Shown: in pieces, positions 52,831 to 64,000 of the stretch | Position numbering within the stretch: the first letter of the stretch is position 1 | Layout: each line of letters begins with the position of its first letter | Assembly: GCF_006345805.1 (NCBI RefSeq) | Contig: NC_043022.1 | Coordinates: 5,208,001 to 5,272,000 of the forward strand | Direction: 5' to 3' | DNA length: 64,000 nucleotides | Origin: Octopus sinensis | Lineage: Eukaryota | Notes under the pieces: generated by a model | Told to the model about the DNA's origin: nothing | Seen by the model: the letters and a program-made list of their open reading frames with translations, nothing else | The model's database searches: none | Program-made: the position numbers and the translations under genes

Positions 52831-53632
52831 TATATCAATCCTATGTTATTTTTAGGTGCCCACAAAATTTCTAAGTTTGAACAAAATCTGTATATGAAAA
52901 ATATCTACAATAATATCGTTTTTTCAATTATAAAGATAAATGAAATTAGCTATGATAATAAAAATGTTTCCTGGAAAAATGTAGGTTATAGGATATTCTT
53001 AAGTATTGAGCCTGGAAAAGGACACAAAAAACGGTAACAGAATGAAGATATATGGGCACAGGGTACTAGAATGTTCTTAGATATTGAAACTGAAAAAATT
53101 CTGGAGAAGAAGGAAACAAAATTTAGATATTGCTGCTGAAGTTAGAATTTTCTAAATAAATTTCTAAAATTGCTCATGAAATAGTGTATACACTGTTTTT
53201 TTTATATATATCTTTTTGCTTTTTGCCACATTTTTAAAAATTTAAGTTAATATTTTTGATTTTAAAATTTCTTTGGATTAAGCTAAAACATTTCTGTCTT
53301 ATTTTTAGAATTACATTATTTTTTAAATCTTATTTTCTTAATAAAATTCATCATCTGAAAATTTTAAATCACAGATATTGTGTAATAAAATTAAACTCAT
53401 ATAAAATAAATGTAATTCAAAAAAGTGAAAAATAATAAAAAAAAATTTTTAAAGAAACAAAAAAATTTTTTAAAGTTTGCATTATAACAAAATATTTTTT
53501 ATTTACAGTTAAAAAAAATACTTAGAAATGAAAGCTAATGAACAAACTGAGAGTAAAATGTAGAACAACCCTATTAAAAAAAAAAACTTAGGTGTCATAA
53601 TTGCAAATTTTGCTTAAATTGCTATTATATAT

Positions 53633-54379
53633 AGGTGCAGGAGTGGCTGTGTGGTAAGTAGCTTGCTAACCAACCACATGGTTCCGGGTTCAATCCCACT
53701 GCGTGGTACCTTGGGCAAGTGTCTTCTGCTATAGCCCCGGGCCGACCAATGCCTTGTGAGTCGATTTGGTAGACGGAAACTGAAAGAAGCCCATCGTATA
53801 TATGTATATGTATATATGTATGCGTGTGTGTGTTTGTGTGTCTGTATTTATCCCCCTAGCATTGCTTGACAACCGATGCTGGTGTGTTTATGTCCCCGTT
53901 ACTTAGCGGTTCAGCAAAAGAGACTGATAGAATAAGTACTGAGCTTACAAAAGAATAAGTCTCGGGGTCGAGTTGCTCGATTAAAGGCGGTGCTCCAGCA
54001 TGGCCGCAGTCAAATGACTGAAACAAGTAAAAGAGTAAAAGAGTAAGAGAGTATATGATATTTTGAACATATAAATTTGTAATATCAACTTTTTAATGTG
54101 TAAACTTGTAGGCAATTAGTCTTTTCTCTAAAATTCAAAAAAAAAAAAAAGAAGGTTCTTGAATATTTAAATTTAGACATTTAGGCAACAATAAAAATAT
54201 GAAAGGGCTTTCATGCCGATTTCAGTTTCTAAATTCTAACTGCAGCAGCATCAGCAGCAGCATCAGCAATGTTTTAAGATTTTTTGTTCTCCTTGTCATG
54301 TACTTTTCTAGGTTCAATACTTAAGAATATTCTAGGATTATGTGGCCCCAGTTTTCATTCTAGCATAGTATATATGAAA

Positions 54380-54410
<31 letters not shown>

Positions 54411-54881
54411 TATATGTATGTATGTATGTATGCATGCATGTATGTATACACACACATACATATACTCTTTACTCTTTTACTCTTTTACTTGTTTCAGTCA
54501 TTTGACTGCGGCCATGCTGGAGCACCGCCTTTAATCGAGCAACTCGACCCCGGGACTTATTCTTTTGTAAGCCCAGTACTTATTCTATCGGTCTCTTTTG
54601 CCGAATCGCTAAGTAACAGGGACGTAAACACACCAGCATCGGTTGTCAAGCAATGCTAGGGGGACAAACACAGACACACAAACATACACACACACACACA
54701 TATATATACATATATACGACAGGCTTCTCTCAGTTTCCGTCTACCAAATCCACTCACAAGGCATTGGTCGGCCCGGGGGCTATAGCAGAAGACACTTGCC
54801 CAAGGTGCCACGCAGTGGGACTGAACCTGGAACCATGTGGATGGTTAGCAAGCTACTTACCACACAGCCACTCCTGCACCT
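53633..54881. mobile_element. Inverted pair of SINE A copies (53633-54052 plus, 54463-54881 minus)
   Basis: Two full-length, highly similar copies, tail to tail, about 410 bp apart. Confidence 0.9.
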
Positions 54882-55300
54882 ATATATATATAAAAGAGGC
54901 AGGGAACAGGTTGCTTAGCCACATACCGAAAAAATTAGAAATAGCAGTCAAAGACTGTTTATTTCTATTTTCTACAAATGAGACTCCACATACGACATAT
55001 CCCTGTAATTCACATATGCAAAATAGAAGGAAGAAATAACGAAAACAAAGTCTAATGGTCATTTACGAACGCGTTTCTAGATTAGGAATATAATAAAATA
55101 TAAATTCCTTCATCAGCGTAAATTTTTTCGGTATGTGGCTAAGCAACCTGTTGCCTGCCTTTTTTTTATTTATATACAAAATATATATTGAACTTTTATA
55201 GAAGTTCCTACCGTTAATGGTTATATTTACATGCCGAAATCTACCAGTGAATAATTGTTGTTTTTTTTTTAAAACCATTAAAGATATTATTTATTCTTAT

Positions 55301-55345
<45 letters not shown>

Positions 55346-55400
55346 CTGTGTCTATCTATCTATCTCACCATCTATCTATCAATCTCTCTGTCTATATCTG

Positions 55401-55433
<33 letters not shown>

Positions 55434-55555
55434 ATATATATATATATCTATATAATATATATATATAATATAATTCGAGACAAAACCACTATTTTAAAAC
55501 CAAACAAGGAAGACTTAATCAATACATAAAATTTTAATATAAATTAAATAAACCG

Positions 55556-55599
55556 CCACTACAAATGTTTCATGTCTGCTACCGACAATCTTCAGGTGG
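55556..55599 (-). ncRNA. Minimal type I hammerhead ribozyme motif (left arm of palindrome)
   Basis: Exact reverse complement of 55654-55697 within the 55462-55792 palindrome. Confidence 0.72.
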
Positions 55600-55653
55600 A
55601 TTTTCGATCTTCTAATAAGTATCAAATTTGATACTTATTAGAAGATCGAAAAT

Positions 55654-55697
55654 CCACCTGAAGATTGTCGGTAGCAGACATGAAACATTTGTAGTGG
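55654..55697 (+). ncRNA. Minimal type I hammerhead ribozyme motif (right arm of palindrome)
   Basis: CCAC | CTGAAGA | t-TGTC-ggtagca-GACA-t | GAAA | C-ATTT-G | TA | GTGG. Stem I is CCAC/GTGG; cleavage triplet GUA. Confidence 0.75.
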
Positions 55698-55869
55698 CGG
55701 TTTATTTAATTTATATTAAAATTTTATGTATTGATTAAGTCTTTCCTTGTTTGGTTTTAAAATAGTGGTTTTGTCTCGAATTATATTATATAATATTTTA
55801 CTATAAAATTGGATTTAACCCTAAATCTGATTTTTCCCTGTAATTTTGGATTCATTCCCTAATATTTAT

Positions 55870-55910
<41 letters not shown>

Positions 55911-56689
55911 CACACACGCGCATGTGTGAGGAGCCTGCGCGGGAAACCATAGTCGGTTCCGGAGGGGGTATGGTTGCAAAACAGAAACTGTGTTTTGTAT
56001 CTTTACAAGTCCACCATTCGTCCTTGTATGGAATACTGTTGATAAATTTGGGAACATGCACCATCTTGTTACTTGGATCTCGTTCAACCAAGTTCAGGAG
56101 CAATTCCCTAATTTGATTGGCCCCTTTCTTGCTTTAATTCCACAACCCTTGTCACATTGTCGTGACATCTCCACTCTTAGTTTTTGTCTATCGTTATTAC
56201 CATAGGAAGTGCTCTGATGTGCTTTTTCTCTTCATTCCAGATCACTTTGTGTCATCTTGCCCGACAAAAAAACTCACAGCATCTCCATCCAAATACTGTT
56301 TCCACAAATAAGGAAGTCTTTCTACAGACAGCATTTTTCCTAGAACTTCCGGAACTCTCTTCCATCTCATTGTGTTCCTCCTTCTTAAGATCTGGAGTCT
56401 TCTGAGTCCAAAGTAAGTTCATTCCTTTTGTCTTAATTCCTCCTTCTTCTTTGTCCCTTTACACTAATTGGCTTCTCAGCTTGTTTGAGACTTTCTAACA
56501 AAGGAAAAAAAGCAATAAAAATGATGATGACAATGATGGTCCTACTATAATCCTTTGACCTAAAAGGTGAGACGTGAAGATCTTCCACATTTAGAGGCAA
56601 CACTGTGGGGGAAATAAGTTGAAGTAGAGAAGCAGGACAGGTTTCATTTGGAATTTTGAAATTTACCATTTTTGTATTCATTATCAATT

Positions 56690-57068
56690 ACCCAAAAACT
56701 GTGAGGGGTGACGTGGAGTGGCCGACAAGGTTACCAGATTTAAACCCTTTATGACTTTTTCCTTTGGGGATACCTAAAGGAAAAAGTTTTCCAACATCGT
56801 CCTTAAACTCTTATGGATTTGAAAGAAAAGATTCATGTGGAAATCAAAGCAATATCACCTGAGATGATACAGAGAGTCTTGGAGAACTTCTGGGAATGAT
56901 TGCATCAATGTATTGCCAACAACGGCCACCATTTGCCTAATATAGTTTTTAAAACCCAGTAAAATAAACTGTTTTTTATGTACTTTTCAGAAACAATAAA
57001 TTTATTCCTGAATGGTTGTGTGCTTTTTTGAATATTCAGTGTGGGAGATCTTTATGCCTCACTCTGTA
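56690..57068 (+). pseudogene. Tc1/mariner-superfamily transposase 3' end
   Basis: RGDVEWPTRLPDLNPYDFFLWGYLKEKVF...QCIANNGHHL*, with internal stops. Confidence 0.75.
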
Positions 57069-57164
57069 TAACTCTAAAATTTTACTATTATTTTTAAGCC
57101 AAATTTGTAAAGAAATTTATGTTCTTCAGAAATGTCATCACTTGTTGTTATTTGTTCCTTCTCG

Positions 57165-57432
57165 AGACATGCCTGGCTCATAAGGGTTGGTTTCCCAGTT
57201 TCCCCACCTGGACGAGATGCCAGTCCATTGCAGGTGAGCTGCTAAATGCAGGAGGAAAGAGTGAGAGAAAGTTGTGGCAAAAGAGTCAACAGAAGTTCAC
57301 CATTGCCTTTTGCTGGAGCTGTGTAGAGAATAGGTGCTTTGCTCATAAACACAAACATCACCTGGTCTGAGATTCAAACCTACGATTCCTCGATCATGAG
57401 TCCGCTTCTCTAACCATTAGGCCATTTTCCTC
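57165..57432 (-). mobile_element. Diverged SINE with type B head and a third tail type
   Basis: Head and body alignable to 840-998; tail gacgagatgccagtccattgcagg differs from both other copies. Confidence 0.6.
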
Positions 57433-58693
57433 CACAGTGCTGCCACTAGTCTTTTGTATTTGAAATTTCTGCTATAAAAACCAAGAGACATAATTCAAAA
57501 GAAATCATTTTGTTTATTGAAATTATATTTCATGTTTGCTCATAAATTTTTTTTAAATTAAAATTTCATTTTCATTAAATAACATTTTAAAATTTAAAAT
57601 ATTTCCAAACTTTTATTCAATGTTGCTGTTGTGTTATTTTGCTTCAGAAGAATTATCTGCCAGTTGATGATTTCGAAGATTTTTAGCAAGATTAAGATAT
57701 TTAAAACCTTGTTCAATTTCTCTTTCAAGAAGGATAACGTCATCTTTAGCCAAGGGCCAACCTGCTTCATGTAAGGCATGAAGTAAACGAGGCTTGTTGC
57801 TTAGATACGAGACTGGAGAATCACTTTGAAACCTAGAGGAATAACATTAAAACATAAAAAAAAAAACGTTGAATAAGTATTTTGGGAAACTAAACATAAA
57901 ATGATAAAATTTTGGTGGAAAGATTATTTCGGAAAACATGATTATAATTCTTGGTTAGCGGTGAGACCAAAATTCAAAATTGGGTTGTAACAGTCATTTA
58001 TAAGCCCTTCCTCCCCACTCCTGCAATCCATCACTACTCTGGCCCCTTTCTTTCCTGTCCTCCCCCTGCCAACTGTATCATTACTACTCTATCATGTACC
58101 TATGTTTCACCACTCGCTGCATTCCCCACTTTCACTCCTTTCTCCCCCTTTGTACTTTTCTGAACTCCTTACTCTTGTACTTTTATATTCATCTCCTTAT
58201 ACCCTGAGATTATGCCCTGGCAAATTGCCACCACTTCTCTCTCTCTCTCTTTCTCTCTCCTAGCTTCCGACTAGGGTAGCCATGTATATTCTCTACAGTA
58301 GGACACCTGTTCCTGTCCCTCTCTTATGTTTTAACTTCTCATCACTTGGCACAAAGCCACCTCCCCCAGTATCACTCCCCTCTCTCAGTTGAGGGATAAT
58401 TTGTCATGCAAGTTACTTGGTGACTTTGTCAGCACTGGTACCATGTAAAAAGCACACAATCCACTCTGTAAAGGGGTTGGCATGGGGAAGGGCATCCAAC
58501 CGTAGAAACCATGCTGAAACAGACAGGGAAGCTTGGTGCATTTCTCTGTCTTGCCAACTCCTGTCAAACCGTCCAACACATACCAGCATGGAAAACAGGC
58601 ATGCAATGATGATGATGATGATGATAATGATTCATCACACACACACACATATTGTATATATATTATATATATATTATATTATATATATTATAT

Positions 58694-58726
<33 letters not shown>

Positions 58727-58835
58727 GCATGTATATATATTCATATATAGTTGAAATAAAAAAACAAAAGATGAAGGCAGGTGTTTGAACAACAAGCAAG
58801 TGTATTAGTTTGATGCTTGGGAAAATGAAAAAAGT

Positions 58836-58871
58836 CTTTTACATTTCAAGCCTAGGCTCTTTAGCAGAAAT
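58836..58871 (-). ncRNA. Degenerate copy of the variant-core hammerhead-like motif
   Basis: Minus: atttCTGCTAAaGAGCctagGCTTGAAATGTAAAAG. Flanking sequence 58770-58900 is alignable to 25235-25380. Confidence 0.35.
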
Positions 58872-58977
58872 GAAAAAGACAAAATAAACAGAGAATAAAA
58901 AAAAGCAGGTAGATTTCAGCAGTCCAACATGGCAAATATATATATATATGTATGAGTGTGTATGTTGTGTGTATGTG

Positions 58978-59010
<33 letters not shown>

Positions 59011-59101
59011 ATATGTATGTATGTGTATATGTGTGTGTGTATGTATGTATGTGTATATGTGTGTGTGTATGTATACATACATATATATATATGTATATAT
59101 G

Positions 59102-59132
<31 letters not shown>

Positions 59133-59173
59133 GTATTTATATATCTATGTATATATATGTATATATATGTATA

Positions 59174-59209
<36 letters not shown>

Positions 59210-59213
<4 letters not shown>

Positions 59214-59452
59214 CGTAGGAGTGGCTGTGTGGTAAGCAGCTTGCTTACGAACCACATGGTTCCGGGTTCAGTCCCACTGCGTGGCACCTTGGGCAAGTGT
59301 CTTCTACTATAACCTTGGGCCGACCAAAGCCTTGTGAGTGGATTTGGTAGACGGAAACTGAAAGAAGCCTGTCGTATATATATATATATATATGTATGTT
59401 TGTGTATATGTTTGTGTGTCTGTGTTTGTCCCCCCAACATCACTTGACAACA
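59210..59452 (+). mobile_element. SINE type A, 3'-truncated
   Basis: Head and microsatellite present; tail replaced after cacttgacaac. Confidence 0.85.
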
Positions 59453-61108
59453 TGATTTCAGCTCAAAAGAGAGCATAGGATTGGTTAAAATTCGAAAAAT
59501 TAAACTACGTTAAACAAACGAATTACAAATTTATCGAAAAAGCCAAGTGAGAATAATGTTTTCTTTTGACACATTCTACCAGTATACAAAGTTTTAAAGT
59601 GTTTAGTTAACTAGAAATTGTGTTGAAATCTGGCTATCAAAAGGAAAAGATCCAAACCATCTGCTATAGGACCGTTACATTTAGTTGACAAATATATTTT
59701 ATGAATAAACGGACAGGAATAAATAGACAGACAAATAAATGGATGAAAAAGTTCAAAATTTAAAATTGGGGGAGGGGTGAAGTTTGAGCCCCTTATTAAA
59801 CTTTATAACATTAATTATTAATTATTAATGTTTGTTTCTCATAAACTGGTGTATATTTAATTTACATTAAATTATTATTTACGATTATTTAAGGCAAACA
59901 CAAGTAAAACCCAAATTCTTTTCACTTTGTATCTGTATTTGATTTCGATTTGCATGTGTTCGGCAATTCGCTAAAGTAAACAAAATCAAAAGATTTAAAT
60001 GGGGGATGGGTGAAATGAAATTTTTTTTTTGCATATTCCTAATCTCCGACATCTAAAACGTAATAATCCGAAAATTTTTTTTCCCCAAAAATGCCTTTTT
60101 CAAGGAAGGTGCGAAACTGTTTTAGTCTTTCTTGCTTCCATGTACAACCTACACATTCCTTGCTAATATTTACCATTTATTACTTCGATTCCTTTTTGCT
60201 CCTAGCCATTCCTTTTCTCCTTTCTTTCTTCCACTCTCTCTTCGTAAACTTTCCTAGGGTTAAATAAATATTTTTCGATTCTTTCCTTAAACAGTCTCTT
60301 TCTCTTTCTGATTGTTCCTAGTTTTATAATTAGATTCTTGAACCTAATTAAAGAACCTAATTAAAGTACACTAGAGTCGTCTTAGCGCTTGACGATGCCA
60401 TTGGCGACCATTTTCTCTCTTTCTTCCACCTTGTTATACACCTCCTTATTTCTTCCCTACAGACTTAAAAATTACTATTTTGTTTAAACCCCCTTAAAAT
60501 CCATTACCTCGATTTTGATCGAACCTCCTTAAAACTCATTACCTCAATTCCTTCTTTTAACAATTAGCGACACCTCTTTTCTTCTTTCTTGAACTTTCCT
60601 AGAGTTAAAGATTTCTCGATTCTCTCCTTAAACTTTCTCTCCTACACATAACAACAACACTTGTTTCAGATTCCTTATCTCATATTCCATCGCTTATTGA
60701 ACTTTCCTTTCTCTATCTCCTCGACACAAACTTCCATATTACTCTCGCAAACTCCCTATTACTCGCTCTCTCGCTTTCTCTCTCTCTCTCTGAACATTTC
60801 TGCTCTCTTTCTCTTCTTTATTCAATAAAAATCAACAGATGAACACCAACAACCTCAAATTCATCCAGAGTCAGATTCAGGCAAACAAACTACAAAAAAT
60901 ATGTTGAAATTGGCAAGTTCGAAGAGCTCCGTCTCTTTATTCAAGGATGGAGCATGAGTGAGGGTTTTCCGTCCAACGGCCTGATAGTGGCAGCCTTGAA
61001 AAGCTATGCTTACCACCATAGGTCCATGGCACAAATTGTTCGAAACAAACAAGAGTTCATACGCTCCTATGCTTTTGTCAAACCATTTATCAACCTTCTA
61101 GGAAACAC

Positions 61109-61255
61109 AATGAAGGAGACAGGAGTGCTCAATGATGACTCTACATTCCTGGAATCCAATGAAGCAGACAGGAGTGCTCAATGACGACTCTACATTCCTG
61201 GAATCCAATGAAGGAGACAGGAGTGCTCAATGACGACTCTACATTCCTGGAATCC
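61109..61255 (+). repeat. 49-bp tandem repeat, 3 copies
   Basis: aatgaaggagacaggagtgctcaatga(t/c)gactctacattcctggaatcc at 61109, 61158 and 61207. Confidence 0.95.
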
Positions 61256-61389
61256 AATTAAGGACAAACAGACAGAATCGAAAAAGAATCTGTGAACACC
61301 ACTGGCCCCCCCAAAACAACATTGACAGCAGCAACAACTGCAATAAGAATAGTCCAAGATGGACTGTGGTGATAAACAGAGGCAGACAT

Positions 61390-64000
61390 TAAGACTGGCA
61401 CATCCAGGAAAACTGATGTCCTGATGTCCAAAGTTAACAGGAAGGGTATGCTGTATTTCGTACAGACAGAAGAGAAAGAAGCCATGGTGGAGTTGCTATG
61501 TACATCCATGAAGATGACATCACGCCTCTTGTATTATTGTCACATTGAAACTCAGTTTGCAACACCTTAATAATATCATCATCATCATCATCATCATCGT
61601 TTAACGTCCGCTTTCCATGCTAGCATGGGTTGGACGGTTCAACTGGGGTCTGGCAAGCCCGAAGGCTACACCAGGCCAGTCAGATCTGGCAGTGTTTCTA
61701 CAGCTGGATGCCCTTCCTAACGCCAACCACTCTGAGAGTGTAGTGGGTGATTTTATGTGCGACCGACACAGGTGCCAGACGAGGCTGGCAGACGGCCACG
61801 CTCGGATGGTGTTTTTTATGTGCCACCGACACAGGTGCCAGATGAGGCTGGCAGACGGCCACGCTCGGATGGTGTTTTTTATGTGCCACCGACACAGGTG
61901 CCAGACGAGGCTGGCAAAAATCTGATGTATGTCTATGTACAATATATTGTCTGCCGAATACCACAAAATATGACAGAAAATTTGAGGATAGCCTCAAACA
62001 CATTGAAGAGGTATGAACAAACCTAGATCAGACGAACATCGACATACTCTTCCTGGGCGATTTCAACCTCCCACATGTCAAATGGCCAAAAGGCCACATC
62101 CTCTCTGGGATGTCACTGCACGAACAAAAGCATGTAGAGTCATCACTTGAACTTAGTAATATGCTGTTCATGGAGCAAATGATACTCGGGCCAACAAGGG
62201 GGAACAAGATATTGGACCTCTGCTTCACAAATAATGTGGACCTCATCCATAATGTAAAGGTGACACCAACGGAACTCTCAGATCATCAAAACTGTTGAAC
62301 TAACTATGTATGGTCCCGTGCAAACTGTTGGTATTTACCCTATCAGGAGGACTCAGGCCTTATCCAACCTGAATTTCCATAAGGCGAAATGGGAATCAAT
62401 TCACAAAGAGATTCACAAACGAAACTGGTCCAACATTCCGTGTACGCGAGACATTGATCTGAAACTCAACCAGTTTATGTCAACAGTGCAAGCTATATGC
62501 ACTAAATATGTCCCAGGAAGAAGGGCCAGCGCACTGTCAAACAAGACTCCCAGGGACAGAAAAATCCTCATGAGACGCAAGTCAAAGATCTCAAAGCAGC
62601 TGAATAGGCAACTGAAGGATAAAGAGAAATCTGTCTTAACACGGGCGCTCCTAGTAATTGAAATCAAGATCAAACTCTCTCATGAAAAGGAAAGAGCAGA
62701 GAGAGAGAGAGAGAGAGAAGGGCTGTGGGAAGCATAAAAACAAATCCCAAAGGTTTCTATAAATTCACAAAGGGAACAGCCACAATGCAATATAAAATAG
62801 GACCATTGTTTCAAGGGAATGACTCACTGATGTTGGACCCAGGAAGGATAAGCGAGAGAGTCAGTAAACAATTTAAAAGTGTCTTCACTTCCCCCCTTGG
62901 ACACATGCCGATTAAAAATCCAGCTGAATTCTTTGATATTGCAGCTCTAAAAAAGGAGGGACCGGCCATCGATTACGTCAACATTGAGGAAGTAGATGTA
63001 ACAGCGGCCATAGATGAAATGAGCTCATGTTCCGCAACTGGTCGTGATGGCTGTAAGCAGGCTTTAGCGAAACCACTTCAGATACTTTTCCAAAGTTTTC
63101 TTGCAAGTGGTATACTTCCTAAAAAGCTGAAAGAAGGTATTATATGCCCTATCCACAAAGGTGGGAGTTGAGCAGAGGCCAAAAACTACTGACCAATCTC
63201 TCTGACTTCACGTATCAGTAAAGTCATGGAGTGAATCATCAGAAAAATGTTGATAATGTTCCCAGAAGAAATTGACCAACTGAACAATACACAGCATAGC
63301 TTTTGTCCAGGATGAAGCTGCCTCCCACAGCTCCTACAGCGCTATGACTGGGTTTTGAAACTGCTGCTTGACCATTCAGATGTCAGTGTGATATACTTTG
63401 GCTTTGCAAAGGCATTTGATGAGGTAGATCATGGCATGGTAAGTCATAAGCTACGAGACCTTGGCATTGTTGGTAAACTGGGAGAGTGGCTGTGTGAATT
63501 CCTTAAAGACAGAAGTCAGGAAGTTGCAGCCAATGGTGCCCTTGCTGAGGAAACTCAAATCCTAAGTGGTGTCCCCAGGGAACTGTTCTGGGACCATTTA
63601 CTGTTCATAATAGCTCTCTTAGACATGCCCACGGTCACTCGGACAGCCACTGTCACTAGCTATGCTGATGATACAAGCAGTAAAAAACCTGTATCACAGG
63701 CAGTAAAAAGCCAAGATGACATCACAAGCTTACAGCGGGACTTGAATTCAATCTACAAGTGGGCCGAAATAAACAACATGCAGTTTAATGGTGGAAAATT
63801 TCAAGCAACACTGTGTTATCAGCTCACAAATATAGTACAATCTACATTTACAGGACCCGAAAGCAGAGTCACAGGCAGTAGAAGACTTAGGGATCCGTAT
63901 GTGCAATGTTGCATCATTTTGTATGCACATAAGCAAGATGGCAGCAAAGGGCAGACAGCTGGCAGGATGAATACTGAGGTCCTTCAAGACAAGAGACCAA
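61390..64000 (+). mobile_element. Decayed CR1-clade LINE ORF2 (AP endonuclease + reverse transcriptase), interrupted by an RTE 3' end at 61575-61920
   Basis: EN motifs GYAVFRTDR..SHGGVAMY, LGDFNLP, PTRGNKILDLCFTN, SDH. RT motifs NY*PISLTS, FAKAFDEVDH, SGVP(Q)G, SYADDT. Multiple stops and frameshifts. Confidence 0.9.

Larger units (their letters stand above)
55462..55792. repeat. Near-perfect 330-bp palindrome with no spacer
   Basis: Centre ATCAAA|TTTGAT at 55626/55627; the arms differ only by one indel (aggaagac vs gtctttcct). Confidence 0.97.

Noticed and set aside
62306-63171. Functional LINE ORF2
   Set aside because: Multiple stops, frameshifts and a nested insertion; a fossil.

Overview
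AT-rich, microsatellite-saturated animal genomic DNA. The SINE and LINE repertoire looks like an octopus genome; this is recognition from memory, not a database search. I find no confidently supported host protein-coding exon, and almost every ORF in the supplied track is a translation of simple repeats or decayed transposons. The one clear gene is an intact tRNA-Pro(CGG) at 40513-40584 (minus) with a T7 Pol III terminator. The rest is a nested transposon mosaic. It includes more than 15 copies of a tRNA-headed SINE with an internal (TA)n(TG)n microsatellite, three further SINE types, many 5'-truncated RTE LINE 3' ends with (GAT)n tails, a fragmented Penelope-like element, a decayed CR1-type LINE (61.4-64 kb), Tc1/maT/mariner fossils, hAT and piggyBac MITEs, and two Helentron-like non-autonomous elements. 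The most notable observations are: (1) about 9 minimal hammerhead-ribozyme motifs in short non-coding elements sitting in (TA)n tracts, several in fold-back palindromes, including a 330-bp near-perfect palindrome with one hammerhead on each strand; (2) a variable tandem array of 63-66-bp units in an RTE 3' UTR whose GCCAG/CTGGC stem is constant while the loop varies; (3) a 490-bp tandem array ending in a fold-back; (4) a hAT-end-derived satellite; (5) several sharply bounded near-identical patches 0.5-6 kb apart.
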